This document shows, one piece after another, positions 50,896 through 63,432 of a stretch of 64,000 nt of DNA; within the stretch, counting starts at the first letter, position 1, and each line of letters opens with the position of its first letter. Source of the DNA: Oikopleura dioica (taxonomy: Eukaryota > Animalia > Chordata); the NCBI GenBank assembly GCA_907165135.1, contig OU015567.1:10726001-10790000 (forward strand), written 5' to 3'. The notes below the pieces were generated by a model. The model was given only the letters and a program-made list of their open reading frames with translations, ran no database searches and was not told where the DNA came from. A program made the translations under genes and the position numbers.

Positions 50896-52201
50896 TCAGA
50901 GACATTTTCTTTGTACAGCTCTAAAACCTTCTTCTTCATACTCCGCCTTGGATACCATCATCGCTCTTGCCCCAGGAGCCTCTCCCAAAATAGAAGCTCC
51001 TAGCCACGTCGATATCTCAGCTTTGCTCGAGGACTCAATATTTATCGGCGCTCTCTCGGGCGAACTCTTTGCCATTTCGATGCTCAGTCGTTCCTCGAAA
51101 CCATCAAACTCTGCGACTCCTCCGCTTATCAAAATGTTGCTGTACATTTGTCTTCGCATCGACATGTCCACACTTTTTTATGCAGGCCGAGAGCACATCA
51201 TGAATTCCTTCATCGTTTTTGCCCAGTACTGCTGGGTTGAACATGGCTTCTGGACATCTGAATCTCTCGTCGCCTAAAGTTATTCGTTGCCCATCTGGGA
51301 GATCGAACGATTTCTCGTAGAACTCGCACAGAAGTCGCTTATTTTGACTCTTTGACAGATCACTTCGAATTGGTTCAAAAATGATCATAAATTATGAAAG
51401 AAGAAAATTTCAAGTTGTGAACCAAACATTTTGAAAACATCGAGAAACATAGCAAAGACCTTCTTTAATTCTTTTCGCGAACTCAAAATCCCGTGATGAG
51501 CTCATCAGATTGAATCCTCTCTCAGTCATTATGCGAGTAAGATAGTCAGTCAACTGGCGACCTGAGACCTCGAAGAGTCTCGTCTGTGAAGGCAAAATAA
51601 TTCCATCGAAGACGGAGCAGATGGTTGTTGTCAGATCTCCCCCGTGAACTGAAAATATTTTGATGAGAATATTCGCAGCTTCCTAGGGGCCTTACCTGAG
51701 ACCCCTGTAACTTTGCCAGCAGCATAAAGACTCAGAGGCGGTGTTACAGAAGTAAGAAATCTTGAAAAATGAAAGCTCTCAAAAGCCAACTCTGCAAAAA
51801 AGGACCTCGAGCTTAGTGGTGTGAGGTAGTCTTCTGTGAGAATGAGTTCTCGGCCGTTTGGAAGCTCACCAAGTCCCTCCAAAAATGCCCTTTCCCAGAT
51901 AATTTCTATTTCTTCTGGATTCAATCGTTGCCGATCAAGTTTCGCATAAGAAAATATAAGATCTTCCCAGTTTGAAGCAATTTCGTTGTTTAGGTAGTGA
52001 GTTTGGCTCATTTTCGGACCCCAAGGTTTCGGTCTTCCAACGATTGAAGGCATAGTCTTTTGTTGGGCTCAATAAAATGAAAAAAACTAATTGTTTTCTG
52101 TCATTTAAAACCCATTCCCATGGAGCTTCATCGCCAGTTTCACCAATTTTTGTAACGCTTGCACCGTTGTCCAAAACTACAACTGGACGTTCCATTCTCA
52201 T
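50896..52201 (-). CDS. Divergent actin-like/actin-related protein; apparent 1-bp insertion near 51169
   Basis: VVLDNGASVTKIG, PSIVGRP, LPDGQRITLGDERFRCPEAMFNP, ISGG and STWLGASIL. Confidence 0.85.
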
Positions 52202-52655
52202 TTATTTCTAGTGTTTTCAACTGTCTCTCTCTCTATGAAATAAAAATCTGCAGAGAACGAGGGATCACAATTGTCTGCAGAGTCGTAAAGCAAAAACTGT
52301 GAGAAATGTCTTTTCGTCGGACGAGAAGAATCCGAGTAATGAGCGGCGGTCGGTCGCACTTGGGTGGCATTTTCTGAGACTTTTCTATCTTGGCCTTGTT
52401 TTTGTTCAGATTTAGATTGATCCCTTTGGTTATGCTTGTTCAACTAAAATTACTTTTCATGCTGGCGTGAAGATGCCGAGAAGTCGTAAATGCGCTCACG
52501 AGTTGACGTAAATGCATCCACTTGAATACCAACTGGCGGAGCAGATCTTCTGAGACTCTCCAGATCTTTCAGCCAATCTGCCATACTTGAGCTAAGAATA
52601 AAACCCAAAGGTTTCCTGCTCGATTTCATCAATTCAACTTACAAAGAATAAAAAA

Positions 52656-53153
52656 ATGAAACTTTTCGCTACCTTCGCCCTCTTCGCTTCTTCGAACGCC
52701 ACCTTCGCTCGAAACAATGTCGAGGCCATGTGCACCAGCTGCCTCTCTGACCCCTCTGATGCTTGCTGGGGAGCGTGCTACTCCATGTCTTCTCGATCGG
52801 GTACCACTGTCCATGATGCCATCGTTGTCCCACAGGTGAGACTGATTCAAAACGATGTATTTTCTACTTATTAATTTAAGTGCACTAGCTGTCTCTCTGA
52901 GCCATCAGATGCCTGCTGGGGAGCGTGCTACTCTCTTGGAACCACTTTCTCCAACGAGGAGATCGATTCCATGTGCACTAGCTGCCTCTCCGAGCCATCC
53001 GATGCATGCTGGGGAGCTTGCGCTCGATCAACCTCCGCCCAGTTTGCGATCAACAAGGACTTCGTCAAGATGTTCGAAGGCATGAAGGGACAAAGCCGAT
53101 GCACCAGCTGCCTCTCCGACCCATCTGATGCTTGCTGGGGAGCGTGCGCCTAA
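52656..53153 (+). CDS. Secreted 150-aa precursor with four CTSCLS(D/E)PSDACWGAC cores (exons 52656-52835, 52881-53153)
   Basis: Signal peptide MKLFATFALFASSNA; phase-0 GT-AG intron; four near-identical 48-nt repeats with synonymous variation. Confidence 0.85.
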
Positions 53154-53309
53154 AGAATGCGTGTTCTGACCGGCTGAAATGGACCGTTTTCAATGTCCCT
53201 ACAATTTCTCCTGTTCTTACTGTTGTTCTGAATGGTGTAATAAATGTCTTTCCATATTTCTAGAAGCAAATCAACTGATGTTTTTAAGTATTTTCTTTTT
53301 CAAATCGCA

Positions 53310-55333
53310 ATGAGACTACTTTATCTTTTTATATTTTCTTACTCGACTGCAATCACTTTGGAGGCATGCAACGAGCTTCTGAAGAAACAATCAAAAACTA
53401 TTTCTTCTTCAAGTGCACCGGAGGCTAATTGGAAACGGTGCGACGACTTGCGAGTGAGGGATGAGAAAATTCGAGTTAGAAATGCTCTAAATTTCTTCAA
53501 AAGAATTAGTCGAACGCTCAAGCTGCTTCAGGAAAAGATCAAGGTAGGCATTTAGCTCATTTATATGGGGTTTATTCAAAATTTCGCAGGTCAGCGAAAG
53601 AATTGAATGCAGTCATTATCGTATTCTGTTGGAGGCGTCTGAAGCGTTGATTTCAGTGCCAGTAAACATCATCAGCTCAAGGAAAAGATCCATATAATTG
53701 TCTGTATATTACTGCTGAAAATTTTTGATCTCAAAAAGCACAAAGACGTCTTTATACAAAGAAAAAGTCAGCAGCCTCCTGCTACATTCAATTGAGACAG
53801 TCTATCTTCTGAATAAAAGTCTCAGCAAAAACGATGACTGCATTCGAACAGGCAAAATCACTAATAACATTGATAAACTTCGACAACTCCACCTTGCTAT
53901 CAAAAAATTGGAAAATCCTTTAGGTAGGGATACTGCGTCTTGTTTGTTTATTCAATTTTCTAGATAATCCTGAGCCAATTTATGCTGATTATTACGACGG
54001 AACAGAAGGTCACTTTGAAAATACTGAAATCGCTTCAAGTTCGACACTATCGAAAATTCTCTTCGCTGTCTTTATTTTGCTGTTTATTTTCGCATTTCTT
54101 TTCTGGGCCATCAATCTGCAGCACACAACTCCTGATGTTCCTGGATACTGAGAATCTTTAGCAGAAACATTTTATTTTTAGAGGAAAAATGAAATTGAAT
54201 CAGTTGATATTACTTCTTGGAGTGGACGCAGTCAGACATAGGAACAAAAAATACTCAGATGATGAAACTTTCACTTACAAAACAGGTACTGTCTTTGTTA
54301 ATTGGAGTTTTTAAAAATTTTTAGAAACGCAAGTTCAAAATGTTGCAGAGCTCAGCGGAATTGAAGAGTACATTACAATGATTGAAGATGAAATTAAAGC
54401 AGCAAGAAAGGCTGACAAGATCCTCAAAGACAAACCCAAGAAAAAAGGAAGAAAGAAACATAACGTCTCCTTTAAATACATCATCTCAGGGAATGGTCAG
54501 CATAAGCTTGATTGATGAATGAATGTTTGATATGTTATTAATTTCATCGATGACCAACGCTAAGCCTTTGTTACATCGTTTGGAGTTTTCACAATTCTGG
54601 CACTTGTTCTTCCTAAACCAAAACCAGAGTCAGCTATCGGAGTATCTGCTGGCCCAAAGGATGAAAGTCGCAGGAGAGAAAGGCGAAGAAAAAAGAACTT
54701 ATTCCCGTCGGGAACGAATAAAGTTGAGCAGCTCATAGAATCAGCAAGAGACTCATATCAACATTTCAGAGATCTCTCTGGTAAGAATAACAATCAAAAC
54801 TTCTACTAACAGTTTAGGTCGGTATAAAGAAAATATGAAGAGATTATGGGACAGGAACCGGACAAAAGATGACTATGAGCAAGTTTGGTCCGAAAATGAG
54901 AACCCCGCGTATCTAAGTGACGACAGGAATGGTTTAATTCAACGATGATTAATCCATATACAATGGACCATTTTTACCATTAAAAAGCTCGGAAACAACA
55001 TACGATGCCGAATATCAAGATGTCTTCCAAAACGACTACGATTTCACTGACGATTCAAGTAGCGACGATTCCGATAGTGAGGGATCTTTTCAAGGTGTTC
55101 CACTGAGAGAAGCGGACGCGCAGAACGATCTCCGAATTAAAACTTCTCCCAATGCTGAGATTGATCCAGAGTCGTTGCTATCCGAGCGCGCCTTCGAGAA
55201 GAAAACAACGAAGAAAGTCTGCAAAAGCTGCAAGTCTAAGAACCCTCCTGTACCAAGACTTAAATTAGACACTGAAACTCCGAGACAACCAACAGTTGAT
55301 GTCATATTTGACGCACAGGAAAATTTGCCTTAG
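53310..55333 (+). CDS. Hypothetical single-pass membrane protein, multi-exon
   Basis: Signal-like MRLLYLFIFSYSTA; TM ILFAVFILLFIFAFLFWAI near 54060; acidic terminal exon. Confidence 0.45.
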
Positions 55334-55390
55334 AATTCTTTTCTGCCACTATATTATCCTAATAAAGAATTTTTGATAAAATGAGATATC

Positions 55391-58300
55391 TCACTCGAGA
55401 AGTCGCAGTTTGTCTTAATTTCTGTTTGATTTGGCTTCATGCTTTATGCACTTTTGAGGAAAGACAGGCTAGATAGAGCTTGGCACGATAACAGTGGAAC
55501 ATTTAGCGTTATCAAACATGAAGTTTTTTTCTCGAATAACTTTGAGGATCGTGTGAATGATGTGATAGTGAATGAGTTTTCGCTCAGAATTGTCCAGGTT
55601 GTAAAACTGTCCCTGGTACTATGTCAGGAATAGAGTCAGCATTGAGACCAAGTTCGTTGCCGTTGTCATCCATTTTATCAACAAGAATGCTAGTGATCGG
55701 GTTGAGCAATGTTCGGTTTGCTTCATAACATTTGAGCATCTTGTCGAGCGATTCCAATCCATTCGTGTCAACATATTCCTGGAAAGGTAGAGCTAATGTT
55801 TTCGTTCTAAATGATCCGAATTAACTATTACTTTACCGATTAAAACTTACCGATTTTGAACAAGTGTATCAATCTCGATCGAGCATTGATCTGCAGAAGT
55901 GAGCTGGGCAACAACTTCGATGAGCAAGTCACGCATTTTTGATCTGTAGTCGACAAGTGTTGAGTCCATCTTTTGATAAGTGCCCGCGAGATGTTCAAGA
56001 TCTTGCATAAGGTCTACCTGACTTGCAGGGTCTGATTTGATCAGTTTCAGTGCTACAAAAAAGAGCTAGCAATTAATATTTTTATCAAGGCGTACCGTTT
56101 GGCGAGTTAAGTGACGATAAGCAACTTATTTTGACTTTGCTATGCTGATGAGACTTCATAGAAGACGAAAGTGCTTTGATAAGCAAATGGGACCACTCTT
56201 GATTGATAGAAGATATCGAATCATTGCCGAAGAAGTACTCGGCAGCCTTAGACCCATTCCAAACAACTTTGGCATTGCGCTGCTTGATGGCAGATTCAAG
56301 AACTTTTACTAAGCGAAGAACTGTGCATTTTGGTGTTTTCGGAGGTGCGAGTTGTAGAAATCCGCCAACTGCTCGTAAGGCCTTACATCAAATTTAAACC
56401 ATTGACAAATTGAAAAATCCAACCTGTGGTTTAACGCGGTCTTGCGCTGATATGTGGTCGTAAAAGTCCTTTGAGAGGTTCATCAAGTCGAAAAAGGACG
56501 AGATTTCAGCCTGAGAAAAAATCTCATAAACAAAGGGCAAGTCTTCTGCTTCATCAACCCTTCTCTCTTCCATTGTCAACCTCATTGCATCTGCAAGACA
56601 GGCAATCGCGTAGATCAAATCATTGCGCACTTTTGAACTCAAATCGTGAGGATTAGAAGTAAAGATCAAATCTTTATGCTCGATCGTTTTCTTTAATAAG
56701 ACGTTGGTGACATTGTTGAGGAAGTTTTCATCGGAGCGGATGGATTGTATGAGCACGAGATCGCCAAGAGCCTTGATGGCGCGAGTTTGCACATCAATAT
56801 CAGAGTGGTTGCACATGTCAGGCATCACGGACATGACCCAAGCTTGTTGCCGATTGTCTAGGCGCGAGAATACTTGGCCTTCGATGTGAGACACAGCTGG
56901 GTAACAATTAGATTTATGAGCTAACAATGACAAAGATACCTCCAAGAGCGGCCTCGGATATTGAAGCATTGACGGGAGTAGCTGTTTGAAGAAATTTGGG
57001 CAGGATGGATTCGATGAGATAAGACCAAAGACCGAGCATTGCCTCGGTAGGCACGGGTGTGTCTTCATCTGGAGTAGTGTTGTTAGCCATTCGCAGACTT
57101 CTCGACTGGGCATTGATGGTTTGAAGAAGGCGGAAGGCAGCTGCGATAACGTTTCTTAATCAAATAAGAATATGCAGATATTAGAAGACTTACGGTTGCA
57201 TTTCGGAATTTAAAAGTATTTTCATTATATCTAAGATATGTACGTGGTTCTCTTGCAAAGTAGAAAAGTGATGGGTCGTGAAATTCTGGAGTATTTCGAT
57301 CGCTTCTTCTTCGATAGTCGTCCTCATTTTTGGATCACATGGGACAGAAGATGGCGATTCTTCGCGCCCGTAAGAGTTCCAAAGAAGAGAATATGCAGTA
57401 GCTATTGGCCAGGGAGCATCACGGACAGATTTGCAGATCACTAGAGAAGTCTTGTAGGAAATCAAAAGAAGTATTGATCACTTACTGTAGGAGATATTTT
57501 CTCCAGCCGTGATTTCGTCCCATGGAACGCAATACAATCCTTTGCAGCTTTCAGACAGAGTTCGTTCTCCAGCGATTGATTTCAAGAACATAAATTGAGC
57601 AGCTATTCGGTTAAGAGGTAGAACTTTTGTAATGACTGTTTTGAGCAGATTTGTACGGAAGACTGAATAGTTCGTTGCTTCGGATGCTGTCTTCAAAGTG
57701 TTGTAAAGCTGGTTCATCAATAATATTTCTTGATTGCAGAGGAAATTCATTCGTTGTTCTTTTTGAAGTGCAAAGATCAGAAGATGATGCAGACGCTCGA
57801 TTGATACAGTAAGAGCCTCTCCAAGAGAGGTGTAATTTGGTCCAGATCTTCGGGCAACACAACATCTTTGGATGAATTGCTTGCATTGTTGAATAAAATG
57901 TCTGAGGACTTCGACTGCCAGATTTCGCGCCTTTGGAGCCGGGTCCCAAAGAATAGAGAGAATCAAACCACAGTTTCCCTGATTCAAATCACCTTCAACG
58001 ATGCTTTCTGGATTTTGAATACTCGAAGGGAGAAAAAGCTTCCAATAGTGACACAAGTCTCGCTTTCCCGTATTTTTGACAATAATTTTAAGTGTTATCA
58101 GTGCAGCTTGTCTAATACAGCTTCGTTTCTGTCTCAATTTTCGGGATTCAGAGTCCGAATCTTTTTCTGCATTTGTATCCGACTCGCTATCTGAGCTTGA
58201 AGAAACTCCGAGCCACGGAAGTCTGTCTTTTATTTCTTGCATGTCTGTATTTGGCATCTCATTCTCAGCTGGTCTAAATTTTCTTCTCGTTACTGCTTTC

Positions 58301-59256
58301 TTCCTCCTAACCCGTTGATGATCTGAGCTGCGTTCCTCCGGAATAACGTCTTCAGGAAGCTCTTCACGTTTGATCGTCTTATCCATTGGTTGTGCCCCTT
58401 GAAGCCCATAAAGAGACCAGTTGAGGCCTTGAGTCAACAAGGTATTCAAATCATTCGCATGAATATACTCGTTTCGTGAACTAATTCTTTCAAGGATCCG
58501 TGATATTCCTTTGAGCGCCACCATGATCATATGTGCAGTAGTAAGGCACTTATTTCCCATAGAAGCGCCTTCCATGTCCAAAAGCTTGAGTAAAATATCC
58601 ATTGCTCGTGATACCGCTTCTTTTTCTGGATCGTGGCCGGTTATTGATGGAAGCGAAATATTGACGCACGATTGAGCAAGAGCGCATCTTATGTTTGGGT
58701 TCAGTCCTGGATTCAAGCAGTGGACAAATAGATCACTAAGATGCTTGCCAAGTGGAAGCAACATTGGAATATGAATTCCATTTTGATAAAGAACAGCAGC
58801 TAGGCCATTCAACATAGAAATAGCGAGGGGTGTTTCTCCTTCCAAATCAAAGTCTTGCGTCGGAGGTAGGAAATCCACAAACAGTTGAGTAAGGGACAGT
58901 GCACTTTGTTCGTCGAAAATAAGAAGTCTTCTGCCAAAAAGCTCCACAAGGTCTCCAAGATCTTTTATCGCATTGGAAGTCTCTCTTTTATAAGAAGTGT
59001 CAATGCTTCGAAAACGAGAAGTCAAGTCATGAAGCTCTGCGCAAATACGAGCCTAAAAACAAATTACGGTCGTGTTATCTTTGTTCGTATTTACCTCATA
59101 TCCAGTAAGAGGTCCATGAGCAAGGTGTTCGATATCAGCAAATAATTTTCTCCTTTCTTCAAAATTAAATTCGTGAAATTTGGAAAGCTCGGTTAGAGCA
59201 CGATTCCAACGATCGGAAACAGTCGTCATTTTACGATCATAAGTGTCTGAAATCAT
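55391..59256 (-). CDS. HEATR6: HEAT repeat-containing protein 6
   Basis: SSSDSE..IRQAAL..YWKLFLP..DPAPKARNLAVEVL..RLHHLLIFAL, characteristic of HEATR6. Confidence 0.8.
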
Positions 59257-59302
59257 TTCAGTAAGAATCTTTCTGTGAATCTTCAGGTGAATAAATTGAC
59301 AA

Positions 59303-60263
59303 CTACAATTTGCAGAAAATTTCCGAATCGGCATCGACGATGGAAACAGCTTCCTTTTCAACAAGTAAATCAAGAGTCATCGCGACGTTTATTGAGGCGG
59401 CCGGATGAAGCACTTCAGGAACATCAGCGTAGAGAACTTTCACGATATCACGAATTCTTTTTTCTCCGTTTTCAAGCTGCTCAATAATTTGATTCTCTCT
59501 CATTCTTCTGTGGTTGATGTAAAATTCCACTCGCTCGAGGCCATTTTCAATTACTCCGCCGTGACCGGGAAGAATCAAACAATCTCCAAGCGCACGTATT
59601 TTCTCAAGCGAATTCATGTACGAGTTGTAATTATCAATGACAGTGGTGGAATTGCCGAGTATATTGTCCCCGCTAAACAAAAGAATGAAAATGAGCGTGA
59701 GAATGAATTTTTCATCCCCTTGGAAACAGAGCTCGGGATAATTACCTGAATAAGACTCGCTCGTCTTTCATCCACAAACAAATATGATCATCCGCGTGGC
59801 CCGGTGTAAACAGAACTTGAATTTTCCTACCGCACGATGTTTCCAAGACATCCCCATCCGTCAAAAAATTCCAAAACTGTTCCTCGAATTTCGGTATTTT
59901 TACGCCAGAAGGCATCTTCTCTCCTGCGCCTTTATAAACCTTCGGGTAAGGCACTCGTTTATGCTTGAACAGAGGAATGTCGCCACAAATTTCTCGCTGG
60001 ATTGCCTCAACTCCGCCGATATGGTCGAAGTGCCAGTGGGAGATGATGATTTTATCGATCTCACACTTTTCGGCCTCAAGGACTTGAGTCAGCGACTTAA
60101 CAACGGACTCCTCATTCGGCGATCCTGTATCAAGTAAAACTCTGCGCTGCCCACTGCCGATAAGATAACAGTTAGTCCCCTCTCCAGTCATTGGGGATGG
60201 GTTTCTAGCGAGGATTCTTATTATGCTTGGGGATATTCTGTTGATGTAGCGTAAGCCCGACAT
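59303..60263 (-). CDS. LACTB2: Metallo-beta-lactamase endoribonuclease LACTB2
   Basis: NPSPMTGEGTNCYLIG, SHWHFDHIGG, TPGHADDH, SGDNILG, PGHG. Confidence 0.9.
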
Positions 60264-60451
60264 TCTACAATACACAAATATTCAGTTGCGATTCTCCTGC
60301 TGATAAATGACAAAATAAGACACAATAAAACAAAGAGAGAGCCAGTCGAGACTGTCTGGTAGACAGGACGACGGATTCAAGAGCGTTGGCGTTTTTAATG
60401 GAATCGCCTTTATTTGAGGTTGGCTTCCAGAGTGGCAGTACAGGCAAATGT

Positions 60452-61086
60452 TTATTGCTTGCCTCGTCCAGCTCCACGGAAGGAGAAGTTGCCCTATAGT
60501 TGGGTATACAACTGATTTTTACTTGAATGCTAAATTTTGAAATTAAAGTCGAACATTTCGGAGTCTTGAATATGTGCTAGTAAGAGTAAATTAGAGTTGT
60601 AACCCGTGGCCTCTCCGGGTCCAACGTTAGCGTCCTTCTCCCGTCGGTAGGCATCTCGGTTGTCCTGAGAGTAGGCCTGGGTGGGGAGGCCGACTCGTCC
60701 ACCACCTCGTGGTCGGTCGTTGACGATCTTTGGCGCCTTCTTCATGGTCTGGGGGACGATCTCAGCAGGCAAGTTGAGGTACTCTCGGAGGTATTCAACA
60801 CCCTCGTTGGTGAGGACCCAGTAGAAGTGTCGCCACGCGAACTGCTGCTTGAGGTAGCCTCGGGAAGTCAAAGACTGGCAGGCTAGAAGAGATCTTTGAG
60901 AATTTCGGAATCAAGGAAGAAAGAGAGAAAAGACGACTTACCCTTGATGACGCAAAGGTTTGGGACATCCTTGACGTCATTGTGAGTTCGGCCAGCGTTT
61001 CGCTTGCAGATCTTTTCAGCGACCATAACACCATCCTGGAAGAGGGTGGTGTAGATCTTGTCTCGGACTTTCTTTTCCATAAACAT
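60452..61086 (-). CDS. RPS10: 40S ribosomal protein S10 (eS10)
   Basis: [49 protein letters not shown]. Confidence 0.95.
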
Positions 61087-61339
61087 GGCGGCCGATTTTT
61101 TTGTAATCCGTTTCTGAAAAGACGCGAGTCACTTTCCAGTCGATGAATAGTCATCAAGAAGTGTTTTTCGTTCATTACGAAGGGCATACGGAAAGATAGT
61201 TAAACTTTTAAATGAGTAGTAAAAAAGGAAGATGTAGCGCGATATTCTTTTGAGCGACGAATTCTCAGCTGGCTTTTTCGAGATTCTTTATGTACAATTA
61301 ATGCTGATAGTTGATTTGATAGGGAGATTCGTTCGAGCG

Positions 61340-61895
61340 TCATTCTTTTAGATTGAACTTTTCGATGATCTCTTTCACTTCCGTCAGGTTGAGAAATGCG
61401 TCGTACTAAAGGGCGATTTTAGTCATTCTTTTCTTTTTGTGTCTTCTTTTGAGGGTGAAGGATCGCTTTCTTACCCGGTCGATATCTTCTTGCAAGACCG
61501 CGATTTTCTTCGAAATTTCATCCAGATCTTCGAGTAGATCAATAACGGGTTGCTCTTGCTGAAGTCTGTAATTGGCGATCAAAATGAGTTCGTTGCATTT
61601 GCTCTCGACTTCTGGGTAGTGAGATACGTCTCTTGTGGCAAGGCGGGTGCCGATCTCGTGGAATAACTGCTTGATGTAGACGATATTTGAAGCGGTGTTC
61701 GTCAGCGCTAGGATTTGAGGGTAAGAAAGTTGTTTCAGTTAGTGGCTGGAAAGTTGTTGTTAGAGTATTTACCTTACCTAGAGCACCGTTCGCATCCCAG
61801 TCCAACGTTGCGATGTCTTCCAGCTTGTGCCTGATTCTTTCTCCAATCGGATTCGAAACATCAATAGTTTCCAGAATTTCATAAAAACTCGCCAT
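61340..61895 (-). CDS. Hypothetical helical/coiled-coil protein of about 140 aa
   Basis: Three exons joined in frame by GT-AG introns; lies within the co-oriented run. Confidence 0.5.
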
Positions 61896-61984
61896 CTAAA
61901 CACAAACGGGTGTTATGAAAGGCGTTATCAGAGCTTTACAACTTTTGTTATTTTCAGAACAGAAAGTTATAAAACATCGATGAT

Positions 61985-62562
61985 TTATTTAGCAGCGTTC
62001 TGGCCGGGCTTTTGCTGCTGCTGTGGGCGACCGTATCGTGGTGGAGGGGTTCGGATCTTTCGGGCCTCTCGCGATCGGTTTCGCACGTGTCGGTGATGGA
62101 TGGCGGCAGAAACGCAGTAGTACTGCTTCAAGTACAGCTAGAAATAAAAAATTTAAAAGTTGAAAAGCTTTCTAATTCAAGATAATTAATCTTGGATTAA
62201 TAGAGAATTTATAAAAAAGTGAAGGATTTCCGATTAAATCTGAATGAAATTTCAATTTTCTCCTTCTTTGTTGTCGACAGTTTTCAGAAAAATTGTCGAT
62301 TTATTTGTCGAAAGAATTTACCTTGGGGAGAGCGTACTGCTCGTAGACCGAAGCTTCAGCCAAATCTCTCATGGAAGCGGCATCGACCATGTTTCGGACG
62401 ACGTACTTCTTGATGGCCTACGGAAAATCTACATTTCTGAATCAATTTGTGGAAAAATACCTTGTCCTTAGGGACACGAGCGGCAGAGTTTTCACATCGG
62501 ACGAATCGGACGTGTCCTCGGCCTTTCTTGTTTCGTCCGTTATTTCTGCGCTTCTTGGTCAT
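61985..62562 (-). CDS. RPS26: 40S ribosomal protein S26 (eS26)
   Basis: [43 protein letters not shown]. Confidence 0.97.
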
Positions 62563-62934
62563 TTTGGTGTCCGAAACGTCTGAAACGCGTTTCATTTAAA
62601 TTTATTTTTAAGAAAAATGAAAGTGTCACAATATTTTTTAGGAAAAAGAAGAAAGTTCTGAGCAAATGTGGACTAATTTTTAAATCGAAGCAATAAAATA
62701 GCATTAAAAATTTGAACGGTTCTGAAGAAAAACTAGAATAGTCGACTAGAAAGGGATTTTCCAAAAGAAGAAAATTTCAACGAAGCCTAAAATGGCCTAA
62801 AATCCGTCAATTTTCGAGTTTCAAAAGCCGATTATCTTCTTGAAGGTATGATTAACTCTCTGACACGCCCTAGTGGCCTTCTGGAAGCACGGAAGGGCCA
62901 GAAAAAGCGTTCAAGATTTCTCTCGTATTTGTAA

Positions 62935-63040
62935 TGCCTCCAATCAGCTCGGCGGCCCAACCAAACTACACGTGAACGCCTACGTCTGATTGGTGCGCTC
63001 AAGTCCGCGCCGCCAATGGAGATTGCGCGTTCTCGCATCT
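62935..63040. promoter_or_regulatory. Bidirectional CCAAT-box promoter (RPS26 run / LSM1)
   Basis: Three CCAAT/ATTGG boxes in a GC-rich island between divergent genes. Confidence 0.55.
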
Positions 63041-63432
63041 AACGCGCTAAATGAAGAAACAACGCGCTAAACTCATTCATTTCATTCCTCACTCTTTCTA
63101 TGACTCATGCTCTCGAGAAGTCCTCGCCAAATTCCATTTTCTATTCGTCCAAAATAATTTTTTATGAAAAATAATATTTTGTTTCTCATCTTTTTGATCA
63201 CCGTAACGGAAACAGTTTATCAAGAATTTTTTTATTTTCTAATAAAATTATTTTTAAAAATTTTAGTTTTCTAAAATTATTTAATAACTCTTATTCATTC
63301 ATAAACAACATTTCGTTGATGTCTCCTCGAATTTTCCGCTCCGAAAAATCTACGGCTTGATTTCTGATCTCAGATCAGTGATCTGAAACTGCATGCTATT
63401 GTCTGTAAAGGCCAGCTTCAGACTGTAATGAT

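Noticed and set aside
52198-52632. Short minus-strand ORFs between actin-like and the Cys-repeat gene
   Set aside because: No supported exon junction or homology.
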